NCBI GenBank assembly: GCA_965113315.1
Contig: OZ220378.1
Reading direction: 5' to 3' (one strand)
DNA from: Podarcis vaucheri
Taxonomy: Eukaryota
DNA length: 64,000 nucleotides
Numbering within the stretch: the first letter of the stretch is position 1; each line of letters starts with the position of its first letter. Under the pieces are notes generated by a model. It worked only from the letters and a program-made list of their open reading frames with translations, had not been told where the DNA came from and made no database searches. Of this stretch, positions 16,307-31,371 are shown in pieces. A program made the translations under genes and the position numbers.

Positions 16307-18847
16307 TTAAGAGGAGAGTATTTGAGTTTGATCAGACATTAAAGAATGCAAATATTTTTCAAGTAGTGCCAGAACAAGCATACATCAACCATATATTTAT
16401 TCAAAATATCTCACTTCACTTTTGAAATGAGGGAAGCTAACCCATTTTTCAGAGCTTCCCACAATTAGAAATTCCATAACCTATTTTGGAAGTGTATCTC
16501 ATTGCCCAAGTGTTTATAGGAACATTTTGCTATGTGCAATTTCTCCTCATGTAGTTTAAACCCTGTTACTAGATCTTAAACCTTTAATGAAGTATCTATT
16601 TTGGTTAATATCATTATTGTACATTCTCAGAGAATTCTCCATCTGCCCATTAAGATGTTGACAATTGGGAGAATCCATACTATCTGACTGGTTTTGAACA
16701 GACTTGGGATTTCTCAAATATCAGTGCAAACCACTTTTGAAACTGATAATATTTTAAAGAGTGTGCACTATGACATGGGTGTCTGATGTTCCCCCTAGGA
16801 CCTCAATCTTTGAGTTTGACCAGCATAGCTCTTTAATGTTGGACAGGAAATTGCCATATCCAACATCTTTTGCACTAGCCTACATTTCTTCTAATAACCA
16901 TTTCTAAAGTAGCACACACACACACGAAGGAAGAACTAATAAAACGCTATTTTGCCAACACATGACAAAAACCCTAAAACAGGGTACTGAAAATACTTGC
17001 ATCATCAGCCAGTAATTACTAATCCTGCCAGAATATGTGGACTTGTTACACAATAGTCCCTCTAGTTTTACTGTAGGGATGCACAGACTAAATGCTAATT
17101 CCTACAGGAACTGCTTATGCAACTGGCAGCAATCATGCATGAGGGAGAGAATGACGCTGTGAGGAAGTTAGTTCTGCCGGTAGGTCTGCCACTTCTATGT
17201 GCTAGGTCATGGATGCACAAACACCATACCAGAGGATTAAGCACATATTATTTGTAGCTTTAGACTCTTTTAGAAAAACAATTTCTGCAACATTTCTCAC
17301 AAGGTTAAAATTATAGTGTTCTCTTGGGCAGAGTCTTAGGTAGGTAACTAACACCACTCTCTATTTAGAATAAAGAGGCCAATAAGCCAGCTAGACTTTT
17401 TCTTTTCTGCTCTGTCATTACAACATGAAAACCAAATTCGCTGTGCCCTTCAGCAGTGAAGAGAAAATAGTACAAAACAATGACCAAGGCCAAAAATGGG
17501 CAAACTATTTGAATGCAGTCCCCTGGTGTTGTGACGAGGTTTATATGTAGATACATGAGAGCAGCTGCTTTTTCATCTATCACAATTCCACCAAACAGCA
17601 GGCTAAGACTCAGCACAATGCAGAAGAAAGTCCATCAATCTGTAAGGGCACACACGGTTGCTGGGCTTTCAACAGCTGAGCATCTCAAATGTACTGCCCC
17701 ACTTGGCAAAGGCATATTAAAATAATGGATCTCTTTGCTGAAATGTATATAGATCAGCCTACACACAACTGCTAAAAATGGGGGTAAGGACTACTGGAAG
17801 AAAGCACTGAAATATTATTCTAACAAACTTTGCTTTCAACACAGCCAAGTGAACACCACAGCTCATTGCCTTTCAGCAGAGTATTTAGAAAAAGCACCAC
17901 TATTTATTTATTTGTTCCTCAACAGCATGTTCTGAAATCTTATTAACAATTCTTCCGTAAAAGTTATGACAGTCAAAAGTTGATGAGCCCAAATAAGAAC
18001 AAAATTATTGTGGCTCCAGTAAATTCCCTGTACAAAATGTATACTTCTCCCCAGTAATTGCTGCCAATTGTTTTAAGCAGCAAGGATAGCAACCAAGCTG
18101 AAGTTTCATTGTTCTGAAGTTTGCTTAACTATCCAAAGTGAACAATTAAGTTCGGGTAGCACATAGAGAGACACAGTGACCGTTCTAATGCCAAAGTACA
18201 GGACAAAAGTTTGACATTCCAGGAACGGGGGGGCGGGCGCTATTTTGCAATCTTATTTCCCACACTTCAACGCCTAGCACCTTCCCAGAGTTCTGTACAA
18301 TCTAAACAATTCATAAGGAAGACAAAAAACATGGGTTAATAAATCTTTCTAAACTTTGTCTTATCCCCTAACTTAAGATACACTACTGGCATGTGACAGC
18401 ATTATATTCTCCTGATTGCATAAAGTGAAAGCAAACCTTTGAACACAGCAAAATATGAACTAAGCATCTATTTAATTTATGGATTTTTGCCTCAGCCATA
18501 GATGCTAATGTAGGTTTATATTCCCATTATATGAATTACTCATCCAGTCACACACTGCCCCCCCCCCATGCAGTTTACTGGATGGAGCCTTGAGATTGTC
18601 ATTCTTGCTCAAATGTACCCACTTCACACACAGTGATGCAGTTTTCCAGAAAAAAATCCTATACAAATTAGAAAAAACTACATCAGTTTGCATTGGAAAA
18701 TGTTATGGTGCCCTACAGAATGCTCTAATTTGCCACAATTATTTTACTTGTATTTGGTACATAGATACATGTTACTTGTATGCCACGTTTCCATAATTCA
18801 AGCCATGCTCAAGACTGCCTACAACATGAAATAAATACATAATTAAT

Positions 18848-18870
18848 GGTAAAGGGACCCCTGACCATTA
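18848..18870 (-). mobile_element. Very short Sauria SINE 3' tail remnant
   Basis: GGTAAAGGGACCCCTGACCATTA resembles the tail of the 60860 copy. Confidence 0.5.
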
Positions 18871-21800
18871 CAAGATAACAAAAGTAGTAAGAGATGCTAA
18901 CTACCTTGAAACTGCCAAGCTAGCCTAATGTATATATTCGTAATAGGCATCAGTTCATTGTTACTACTGAACTTATGAAATGGGAAAGGTTCTGTTTTGG
19001 AAAATTGTCCATACCACATCACTGATTCAGAGCAAGAAAGATAATGGTACCAGTAAGAACTTGAATAAAGGGAATCCAGAGAGAGAAACTTGCTAAATAC
19101 ATATATTACTTTTGGACTACACACACCATAAACAGCTGAACAGTGTCTGTCCAAATAAAAAAGTCTGCTCTACTTTACTTTGAGGGAGCTACATACCTTA
19201 TCCAGACAATATTCAGATATTGGTATTTATGAAACCGCCCTTATGAATGTTAGCTATTCTGTAATACAGTGATTAAATGTTATAAAATATTAAGCTATCC
19301 AGAAGCACATTCTTCCGCCATCTGCTAAAATTTTGTATGTTTGGGGGTGTTACAGATCTGACCTGAACCAGCAATGTGTAATGGCATCCCTAGATGAATC
19401 AGAGCTCAAAGTCCCATATCCTACAGTCCAGATTTCCAAACTTTTCATGTTGGTGAAATCCTTTATAGACATGCATCATTTCATGACACAGCAATTCAAT
19501 TTTAATAGCAAACCGGAGGTTAAACTAACCCCTTTCCAGCCCTGGAAGGAGCACAGTGAGCATTTGCGCAACACACCTACACACTGCAGCTGACACACTA
19601 ACATGTCACAACACAGTTTGGAAAGCTCCACTGTAGTCTTTTTGCCATATGTTGAAGACTTCCCCTTTCAAAAAGCTTTCCAAGTGGAGACTTTTATGTC
19701 AGTCAGTATCTGCATGGGATCTGAAATTCTACATATGTTTCTACTGTATTGCAAAATCATTTTTGAGATGCTTTGCAGAAAGAAATGCATAGATTCTTAT
19801 TTAATTTCCTCTGCCAACCCATAATTCCAAATTAGTAACATTCTCTTCTTCTACTTTTAATACCTAGCTTATAAATTCTACTCTTCGTTATCTAATTTGT
19901 TTCTCTTTCCAAGTCAACTAAACAAATGATTTAAAGGTTTATGGATTCTATGGACACCCCCCCCAATCTTTTCCATGAGAACCACCACCAACAAAACTGG
20001 CTGAAAGTTAGCCCAATCAACCAACTCTGGAAAAATAAAAGAAGACAGCTTTTAATAGCCAAGCACATAGTTGTTATTTGCTCTTCAACTTCCCCATCAT
20101 TTGCTTAGAGAACACACAATTAGCAATTTGACCCTGGCCAGACACCAGCAAATTCCTGCTCAGGCTTACTTAAGGACTATGACATTGGAGGTGCTCATAG
20201 ACAATCTGTTGGGAAATGAGTGGGTTAAAAAAAGCCAGAGGCTTCAGCAATCTAATGAAAAAAATCACTCACTGATCAATTCTTGCAGTAGTACTCTGAA
20301 CATCAGTAAACTCCCTACCCTTCTTTATAAAAGCTGCTACTCTGGATTTTTCCAATAGAGATAATTATGACTGTCTGAATATAGTGTAGTAAACTGATTA
20401 GTTGAAAATAATTAGGAGACCTTAATTATAGCAATAGCTAAATGCGTAGGCTTTAGCAAATACAAGAAAAGCAATTCACAAAACAGCAGTAGCAGTGCAG
20501 TCAACATAACTAGTGGCAGAAATGCAGCCTCTCTGCTCAAATGTCTGGAAAGGAAGACCATCAACATTCACTTTTTGCCATGTTAGAGGATTCTAGCAAG
20601 CATGCCAAGCTAAGTAGGAACATTCAAACTACTGGATTATTCAGGTAATGAAAGGAGGAAATAGTGGTACTTCAGCAGTGCTCCTTAATATGCAAGGTTT
20701 CTATAGTCTGTGAGTACATTCTGCCTGTACTCTTCTACCTATAAAAATTTAGAAGGCTTCATCACACAAAACTGATGTGTATTATACAGGACTTGAACAC
20801 TTAATTTAAAACAGTTACAGTATGTGAACTGTGTGCTTGAACTATACACAAGTTTCTATGTTATCCAACACAAAACTGATACAGTTCCTTTACAGAAACA
20901 CACATACTATGGAACTATAGAGCATGAGGTATAGCGCATGACCAAAGTGTAAGGAATATGGGAATACTAATAATTGAAAACTGCATAAACGTGCCTCTCC
21001 CCCACCCGCGAAAAGCAGGCATCAGTTCTGTAAGCACGCAGTACTTTCAGAAGAAGCAGTAAGTAAGTAAGTACCTTTACTTTAGTACAATTGATTAATA
21101 AAGCTTAAAACAAACAACTGCAGATTAATAAAAAAAACCCTAGAAGTTGATCCTCCCCAGTAAAAATCTGAATCAGATGAGTAAGATACAAAGTCATTTG
21201 AGGAAAAACTGGGTATTCTTTGGTTGTCATATGTAGGTTACCAAACTACATTGTGATTGTTTAACAACACCTAGAACCCTGTCGAGGTTAGTGAAAGTTC
21301 CTAAAGGTTTATACTGTGAGAACATTGTTTTCTACTTTTCAAAATAAGCTTCTTATTGATAGCTGATCTTCATACACTGTGATAAAGCAGTATTACAGTA
21401 AAGTCTCCCATCTGAACAGAATCTTTTCTTAGAAAAAGGTGATTATCACAAGTTCTAATTAGATATGTCCTCAACAGTCACTCCCCCAGCAAAATATCAC
21501 TTGTAAAAGATGCTGAGAAGTTTCAAAATATGTGTCTATTGTTTGACTGCAATGTCTGTTGTATTTTGGTTCCTATGCTGGTTCCTCTACTACCTCTCTT
21601 TCTTCAGTAGTCTTGATCCATTAAGAGCATCTTTGCTCAAATCTCCATCAGCAACTTACAACTGCAAAATCTACCCACAAATGGCAGGTATAGTTATTTT
21701 ACCAGTAAGCAATACCATCAACTTGCTACAACCAGGTAGTTTCAGGCAATGCATGGTGGCACTGTATATAAAATCCCCTCAAAAGGCAGCAGCATTTATC

Positions 21801-23352
21801 CCTGTGAAGTGACCAGCCTCCTAGTGAAGGCAACCTTATTAATCCCACATTTACAAGTGGCAGCAAAAGCACGAAGGTGGCTAATTGGCACATTCTACCT
21901 GTTCTGTTTGTGGTTGTTATTATTATGCATATTCCATTGTTAAGCTGTAAGCAATATCCTTTGAAGGGAAACAACCTATATTTAATAATTACAAGCTCTA
22001 GTGTAACCACAACTTCCTACAACATTGTCCTTATTAATTCATCATCTAACAAGTACTTTACATACTTTGAAAGCTCAGTGTTTGCTTAATGTTTTTTCCA
22101 GGCAAGATATGGCTGTTGGAAAAGCAACTCGTCCCCCAAAACAAGTTGTTTGTGTTGACAAAAAGGACGCTTATTTAAGGGCCAGTGACTGTGTCCCATT
22201 GCCTTCTTTGCTTAAACCCCCCCCCCCCACCTATCCTAAAACATCCATGAACATTAGACAGCACTGATATCTGAGAGGTAACTGCCACCTGGTTATTCAT
22301 GACAGTCACTGGTGCCTGCAATGCAATGTCACTGGCACACTGCCTAGAATTCCATACCCAGATATGCATCCCCGCATCAAGTGCTTTGTCGCTTCCCTAC
22401 ATGGTCCTATTTCTGCAGGCACCATGTCAAAGGCCATCCAATATGCTTACACTTATGACAGAGGCATGCACACAGTTTCTCTCACCTCCAGGTTTTGACA
22501 CTAGTTGTGGAACATAGTGTATGTACTCTTGCCACCCACCCTGAAATTTTAGCTTGGCTATAGTCACTTACAGTGACTGGATTACATTTCACAGCACAGT
22601 CTATTCAAGTTAATTGAAAAGTCATTCCAAAAATTAAGTTTAGTCTTTCCAAGGGTAAGAATGGCATTATTGCAAATCTGAGAATTATTAGTTATCTGCA
22701 CATCAGTTTGACCATGAAAGAATTCAATCCACATAGTATTAATATTTTTTATTAAGGACAGTAATTTGAACTAGAAAGATCAAGTACACGTATTATATAA
22801 CTTTTGTCATCTACCACTGCAATATCAGTATGATATGTAGTACAAGTTATATGCTAGATACACATATTCAATGCCCTTCAGTACACACACAAATGGACCT
22901 CAAGAGTGAAATGTTAGCAGGAAGGTATTTATACCCAATGTAAAAGCCAGGAGGGAAGCACAGAAATAAATTTATTCTCAAAAGTGCCAACTATGAAGAT
23001 TCAGCACAGTTCAATGAATTTTGGAACTCAGGTTTCTACTTCAGGAGCAAACCCAACACAATGATCTACCACAAAATAAATCAGGAGACCCTGGGTCACT
23101 GGGCGGTTACACCCCATGCTTCCCAAGAAGAACATCACAATAAGGGGGGAACCAAGCTGGCAACATCCATCAGTCCGTGAAGTAACAGTCTTTCCTCCTC
23201 TCTGCCAGGAAGATTGCTCTACTCCAATTGCCAGTTACTCTGGGACTGCAAGGGCTAAAGGGACACACAGCCTGGCCCAATCCACTGACCACAGGGAGAC
23301 TTGGCTTCATGTATCAGCAGTGAAAGAGCAGCTGCTCCAGTGTTGCTTACAC

Positions 23353-23545
23353 CAGTGTGGTGTAGTGGTTAGCACTGGACCAGGGAGACCTGGCTTCAAC
23401 TCCCCACTCAGTCAAGAAGCTCACTGGTGACCTTGGGACAGTTACTTTTTCTCATACCACACAGAGTCGATGTGAGAATAAAATCAAGAAGGGGATGAAC
23501 CATGCATGCCACCTTGAGCTCCTTACAGAAAAGGTGGTATATAAA
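23353..23545 (+). mobile_element. Old tRNA-derived CORE/MIR-like SINE
   Basis: A box TGGTGTAGTGGTTAG, B-box-like GGCTTCAACTCCC, GTGACCTTGGG core; degenerate inverse copy near 37620-37800. Confidence 0.6.
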
Positions 23546-25068
23546 CCCAAGACATACATGAAAACATTAGATTTTAAGCCTGAGGGCATAAATATTAGTA
23601 CAACTCATTATGTATGCTGAAAAAATTTGCCATGGATCATTTGGATGAACTTGTATACAGTATAACCAAACTGAACTAGTCGATTTTGTAAAGGGAGAAA
23701 TGTGAACTATAAGTAGTTCATTTTTGGACATGTTAAACTTGAACTTGTGAAAAATGAACTGCCCAAGATCTATGTATTAGATATACATTCAAACAAAATT
23801 AAGCCATCCATTTCTCTTAAACTCATGTCAGAGGAATTGAAGCTGGAACTGAGTAACAAATGCTTGAACTTTGTGGAGGGGAGGGAATAGGCTATCCAAA
23901 ATTGGATTCAAGTCAGGAAGTTTGTACCACGTTTCTATTAAGTGCACACATTGCTCATTAAACCATATGGCAAGGAGTGCTCTACCCTACAAAATGCTCA
24001 ACTAGCAGGGTTCTTTGTTTTTGCCACATCAAACCAATATAGCTGCTCTCTGAATCTGACAATAAAGAAGTTAAACATCTATGCAAATCTTAACACGAAC
24101 ACATACCTAAACAATACACTGCAAAAGTAAGAAGTGGAGGAACACCATAGAGGGTGGAAGAAAGCCACCCCCAGTAGAGACAACACAGGGAGGGAAGCTT
24201 GATGCAGGAAGTCAAGACGCAAGTAAACATGACTTTGGCCTGCCAGTCCTCCCCATGTGGTCCATAAGGTAGTTTCAGACAAGTCATGCCCATCTGCCAT
24301 CATATATGAAACCAGGTGTGGGGAATGTAATGGTGGCTTAGAAAAAGGGGCTTTGAAGGCACTGCCAATTGGCAAAGCCTGCAAAGGCACTTGCACACCA
24401 CTTCCCAAATACCCTCTCTGTCAGGCATCTGGGAAGTGCTGGGCAACTTTCCCCCATACCCCAGGTCAACTTTGACAGATGTCTTAATTATGTCAGGTGA
24501 TTGACATCAGATGACTGACAGGCAGGTGACTGGTTACACAAGACATTATTCTGTTGTAGGTCACTTCATGTCAGTTCAGCTGTTGTAACAGCTAATTTGC
24601 ACCTCTAGAAGTAAGCAGTTTTGCTCCCCTCACAGTAAAGAGGTCGATGAGGAAAGGCAGTAAAGCCCACAACTTACACAAATTTAACTTGTGTGCATTC
24701 AGCTTTATGCACACAATTTTTTTTAAAAGGTGGGCAGAAAGGAAAGGGGGTCCCAGAAAATGACTTTGGCAATCCCACATACTGCTGAACCCAATGTGCT
24801 ATGATTATACATGATTTTTGGCTTTAGGCACAATCCCTGGAATATAACCCCTACATAAGTTGCAGACATTCCCTAATGAGGTGCATCTGTCTCCCTCCTT
24901 ACTATCAGGAGATATTTTTAAATGTTCCTGTTTACCCTAGCATTTGATGGCTGAAAGATGCTGTTCCTGGCAACCCTGAGTTCACAGCTTTTTACAATGT
25001 TTAAAACTGTTTTTGAGTATATTTATTTTTTAATGTTTTTTATCACTCTTTGTCTTAACAGCAAATCA

Positions 25069-25344
<276 letters not shown>

Positions 25345-26238
25345 TTAGGCAAACAATCTTCGTTCATTTACTGACATTACCAGATGCTGTTGCAGCAAGG
25401 GGGGCAGCCTGCAAAACATCACTTTCAAATGCAATCTGCAAACCAATGCCCTCTACTTCATTTCATTTTCTTGCAAATGTGTTTTCTTACAATTTGGGAA
25501 AGACAAGGGTAGTTTTCACTTGGGGATAGTTCAATAAGAACCTCTTTTCATAATCATAGAGAGATCCTTTTCTCATATAAAAAACAGGCAGGCTGCATCC
25601 TGTGTCATTTTAGAGCAAGCAGCCTAAAAACCCAAAAGCGTAATTCTTATAGTTAGTGATTAAGCATTAAGACAAGACAGATCAGAATCACTTCTTTGGA
25701 AATAAGCTTCTATCCGTCCCACAACAATTAGCCACTGTTTGGCTAGATGCGTTCATAACTACAACTGGATATATCGATAGTTACTACAACAACTCTGGCA
25801 TCCAAGTTCGAAGAAAACAATTGTCCTCAAAGCCTCCTATTTGTACTTATAAAAGAAAAGTGTAGTGCATGACTTGCTAACAAACTAACTGCTATTAGCT
25901 GAACATAGTGACATTTTTGGCATTTTAAAAGAACATATTAACACCTCATAACCAGTGTTAGAAACTGGGATAGAAAAGCTATTTGCCACATGGAACCTCT
26001 GTTGTGGGTGCAAAAACAGAATGGCTAGCCACACCACCCCCCAAAACGTAGCAGCACTTTTTATTAATTTGTTTGAAATGCATGAACTAAGGCACAATTC
26101 ACACCAGTGACACATTGTTAGTATCACATTTTTAATGGCAATTCTTAATTGAACACCACAAACATGAATGGGGCTCAACCCCTGTAATTGTGGCCAGAAC
26201 CATAAGCAAGTTGAATAATTAATATTTACAAATACCAG

Positions 26239-26278
<40 letters not shown>

Positions 26279-28142
26279 TAAAGGGGGGAGCGAAGAGGCA
26301 TGTGGAAGGCAGCAGAGATCTCATTTTGGGATGGGGAGGCGAGGTGAGGCAAAGCAGCATGGAAGGCAGCGATCTTACTTTGAAGTCAGGCAGGAAGGTA
26401 TTTCTAGCAGCGGCAATTTTAACCTTGAATCTCAGTCACCATACGCAGCACCAAGACTTCTCAAATTGCTCGCAATCAGACCATTCGCAGTCACAAAATG
26501 CACCTGGTTCCCAGCTAATTTTGAATGCTGCTCATAAATATTTCAGATGGACTCTGCTTTTGTCCACAAAAACTGAATCTGATTATGTTAACAGTGGTTT
26601 ATGCCTGTAGTTATTTAATAAGGACTTTGCAGTCAATAATATTGTCTATTTCCAGACAGTTTAATGTTAAAATCTTGCCAAGTTATTATAGGTCACCAAC
26701 AGAAAAAAAAAGTTCAAGTAGCCAACAGTTCCAGCTCTAATATCTACACTGAAAGTCAAATGAGAAGTACCTATCCATGACTCATATTGCCAGTATATTC
26801 AGATACAGCAATAGTGCAAAAAAATCTTTAAAACTTCCAAGTTTACACTGAAGAGAAATACATGTTGGCAGGAATTGCTACTTGCCCCAACCCACAAATC
26901 ATAACTTTTCCAGATTCAACATTAGCAGATATCAAAAATTGTTTTGCATATTGTTCCATTGCAAAACACTTTATCTAACTGCTTCAAAAAAGTGCTGAAA
27001 ATCAAGTGTCTTTTCTGCCAATCCAACAACTAAAGAATTAGTTTTCTGGGGAAATGTTCATATTGTTAACAATATGTTACGTGAGGCAAAAGTTACATTT
27101 GTCTCCCTTCCCAGTGCCCATTCAGAATTGTAACATGAGCATACTTGTTGTTATTAAGCCACCCAGATAGGCCACTTTAAATAGAAAATGTTCTTTTGGA
27201 ATTTATCTGAGTGACTATTTTTAACAATCCATCTGTGAGAGCAATTAAAAGATCTGTACTATAGGGACATCCTGCTCACACTTTCTGCTCCAGATTAAAT
27301 TCATGCATTCAACTGCTTATAGCATCTGCTATTTAGAATAGTCAACTACCTTGTACATTCCAAGCAGAGAGAAACTTCAATAATCACCTATCATATACCA
27401 TTTGGGGATTTGTAATACACATTGGCTGGGTATATTTTTGTGGTATAGGCTTCAAGAAGACATTATTGGATTGTAAACGGATGAGCTGCTTGAAACCAAC
27501 TAAAAGAAACACTAGCTATAAGTTATTAGTCAGAATCTGGTAGCTCTGGCTTGGCAGTGGCTTTATACCAATATCTTATTACCATGGTTTCAGGGGACAG
27601 TCATTCTCATTTCACCATACTTTCAGAAATAGCCAACTGGGGCCCTTCCTTTTCAAACATTTCTCAGATCCCAGATTTCTCTTGAATCCTGCATAGCAAT
27701 AATCTCCAATGCACAAACTGGGGGTGAGGGAACTCACTGTCTGTCAGGATATGAAGGCTGTGGGCCCTACTATACAAAAGCCTGATATAGAAATAACTTG
27801 CTACAAAATGAGTGACCAGTTTATGTATTGGGGCAATTTATGTCTTCATACCGGCAACTACTTGACATTTGACAAATATAAATATGTTAAAGTGCATTTA
27901 AGACGCAAGCTGTTTGATGAGCCAGCAAAAGGAAACAGTCAAAAAAATAAAGGGTTTTCAAGGTTCTAGTTAGAACTAAGTATAAAAGAAGATCTGCTAA
28001 TGTGTGCTGTGAATGTGGCCCAAATCTGCTGCCACCGCTTTACTGCCTGGTGGTCTGCTGTTGTTTGCATTCTCTTCAGTTAAGGTGGTGCCAGAAGGAT
28101 ATATGTAATATGAAGGAAAGAGGGTGTAGTGAGAATCTAGAG

Positions 28143-28393
28143 CAGGGGTCAGCAACCATCTTCAGCCATGGGCCAGTCCACTGTCCCTCAGACCTTGTGG
28201 GGGGCCGGACTATATTTTGAAGGGAAAAAATGAACGAATTCCTATGCCCCACAAATAACCCAGAGATGCATTTTAAATAAAAATACACATTCTACTCATG
28301 TAAAAACATGCTGATTCCCGGACCGTCCGCGGGCCGGATTGAGAAGGCGATTGGGCTGCATCCAGCCCCCGGGCCTTAGGTCGCCTACCCCTG
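28143..28393. mobile_element. hAT (Charlie-type) non-autonomous DNA transposon
   Basis: TIRs CAGGGGTCAGCAACC / GGTCGCCTACCCCTG; 8-bp TSD ATCTAGAG/TTCTAGAG (NTCTAGAN Charlie target). Confidence 0.9.
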
Positions 28394-29305
28394 TTCTAGA
28401 GCTTGAATGCAGAGTGGAAGGAAAGGGTGACCTTTTTCTGCCTCCCCATTTCCAGCTACTCTCCGAAGACTGAAGAAAGGACCCACATAAGAGTATCTGT
28501 GGGGTAGGCATATTTTAGCTGGAGCTGACAATATACACAATTCATTTTCAGCTTTGTTATCTTGTAAAAAACAGAGCTTAAATATTCTGTTAGTGCAGCC
28601 GCAACCCAGGTTTAAGGTGCCATATGGAGATTAGCTTTTATATCTCAGTTTCTAACACTGGCTGTAAACACATACATACATTCTCAAATACACAAAACGA
28701 CCAATTCACATGTCATATAATTATATAAAAGACAATAAAAGCATACTGAGGAAGTAGTTCAGGGCAAATTGGGTTTTCCTAACCTTAATGGCATGTCAGT
28801 CCATGCATGCAAGTTAGAACTACCATAAATACACCATGCAGAAGGAATTCAAATTTTAGATTTAAATAAGCAAGTAAGATTTCAGTGTCATGCATCAACT
28901 ATGAAAAACACATGTATCACCTCATCCCCCCAAATACTCAATTCTCATAAATGACCTAAATGGAGACAATAGGTATAACACAAAAAACCTTAATTAAAAC
29001 TATAAAAAGACCTAAAGTTCAGCATTCTTCACAAACTCTCAAAATTTAATTTCTAGTACAGCAGATCCATCCTGTAACTTCCTGATTTCAAAAGAACTTG
29101 TTACACAATATGGAGGGCTGCTGCTTAAGCAATACAAGTCCTAAGTTTCCTTGGGTTCACTTAATTAGTTGCATGGCTCTTTGGATCCTGCAGTACTTCT
29201 ACAATGTAGAGCATCTCTCAAATAACTAAATCTGAAATGCTGAACTATTTCACAACTTGCATCTACTTTCAGGCTAATCTAAAATATATATAGCAAATTT
29301 ACTTA

Positions 29306-29440
<135 letters not shown>

Positions 29441-29759
29441 CTACAAGAGAGATTGAAGAACAGGTCATTTTACATATTCAAATATTATATACTGTATTTT
29501 CTATAATAGTTGTCTTAATGTTAGCTATATGTTAGTCATTGATAATTAGATATACCCTAGGATTTATTGCACCAGTTAAAAAGAAAAGTCACTTAAGCGA
29601 CACATTAGAAGCTAAAAGCAAATTCCATTTTACAAAAATAATCCCATCTTCACCTTCCCAAATGGCTTTTATTTGAAAGTACATTGCACGTTAGAAGGCT
29701 AGAATTGTAGCTTTAATTTTCAAAACAAATTACAAAGTTTAGCTTTGTTCACAATGCCT

Positions 29760-29897
29760 NNNNNNNNNNNNNNNNNNNNNNNNNNNNNNNNNNNNNNNNN
29801 NNNNNNNNNNNNNNNNNNNNNNNNNNNNNNNNNNNNNNNNNNNNNNNNNNNNNNNNNNNNNNNNNNNNNNNNNNNNNNNNNNNNNNNNNNNNNNNNN
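29760..29897. other. Assembly gap (138 N) in intron 3
   Basis: Run of N. Confidence 1.
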
Positions 29898-30502
29898 TTC
29901 TCTCGGGTAGCTTACATGGCAATGTTAGAGGTTAGTTTTAAAAAATAAAATCCGGAGACACAATCTGCAACAGTTTCTTAAAGATAAGACTTTAGTAGTT
30001 TAATACATAGTAAGCTTTGTGCTACCATGCTTATGCTTGGTTAGTTTGCTATTCTGAGATTGAAACATGGTAATATTTATCAGGTTCTAAACTGTCATTA
30101 TAATCTGCTACTAAGTCCCACATTCCTTAAAGCCAAGCCTCCTCTCTGTAAACAATAGAGAAGGTTAAGTCATGTAATACTGAGCGGTCCTGGTTGCAAG
30201 GTGATCAGGAACTAGGATGTAGTTGACATTTTCTGGATAAGGTCGCCACACAGTTCAGAGGTGCATATGTAATAAAATACTGACAGGGCACTAGAGAAAC
30301 CAAAGTGATTACAACATAAAAATGGAGTAAGTGTGGAATGTCTCAGCAAAAATTCATACAATACTGCGTGTGTGCATTTTAAAAAAAGATGTCAGACCCA
30401 TGAGAGCTGAAGCTCAGCTTGCAGCTATCCCCTTATTTAGATTCATCAGCATAAAGAATAATTTACTTTAATATCAGGAAACGTAGGAAAGTACCCTAAT
30501 TA

Positions 30503-30860
30503 AAGGTAAAGGTACCCCTGCCCGAGCGGGCCAGTCTTGACAGACTCTGGGGTTTGTGCGCCCATCTCACATCTATTGGCCGGGGGCCAGCGCTGTCCGG
30601 AGACACTTCCGGGTCACGTGGCCAGCGTGACAACGCTGCTCTGGCGAGCCAGAGCCGCACACGGAACGCCGTTTACCTTCCCGCTGGTAAGCGGTACCTA
30701 TTTATCTACTTGCCCCCGGGGGTGCTTTCGAACTGCTAGGTTGGCAGGCGCTGGGACCGAGCAGCGGGAGCGCACCCCGCCGCGGGGATTCGAACCGCCG
30801 ACCTTTCGATCGGCAAGCCCTAGGCGCTGAGGCTTTAGCCCACAGCGCCACCCGCGTCCC
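30503..30860 (-). mobile_element. Sauria SINE, full length, young
   Basis: tRNA-like head GGGACGCGGGTGGCGCTGTGG...GGTTCGAATCCC, (ACCTTT)n tail, 13-bp TSD AGTACCCTAATTA at 30490-30502 and 30864-30876. Confidence 0.92.
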
Positions 30861-31371
30861 TACAGTACCCTAATTATTTACAGCTAAATGCAGTCAAGTA
30901 CTCTCTTGAATACATGTAGTTCCTTGATTGTATCTACATGGGTGCTCCCATAGCTATTGGATATTATAAAAATCCATGATAAACTTTTAAAAATGAAACT
31001 TGATCTTAGGTAGATAAATGCCTTTATCCAAAGGTTTCTGAACCCCTTTGCCCTAGTTTTCCCCAAAGCGTTTCCTGTGCTGCTTCAGAAGTCATCTCCA
31101 ACACAAACATGAAGAGCTGCTTTCAGCGGGAAGAATACGCAAGAGCAGTGGAAATCCTTATACAAACTGAAAGAATTACATACAATGTCTGGGGTCACAC
31201 ACAATACTGAAACATAATTAAAGTTAGGGAGCCAACAACAAAATATGGCTTGTAAAGTGCTATGCTGGGTTCACATGCACCACTAAACCATGGTTTAATG
31301 TTACACGTGAACCAGGTCACTGAATGGGGTACTTAAGAGTCACAGCCAAAATTTTATTTAATCTACACTTA

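Noticed and set aside
29745-29948. ORF spanning the N-run
   Set aside because: Artefact of the assembly gap; exons 3 and 4 already join in frame, so no coding exon is missing
30775-30860. tRNA-like sequence with GGTTCGAATCCC B box
   Set aside because: Head of a Sauria SINE, not a tRNA gene
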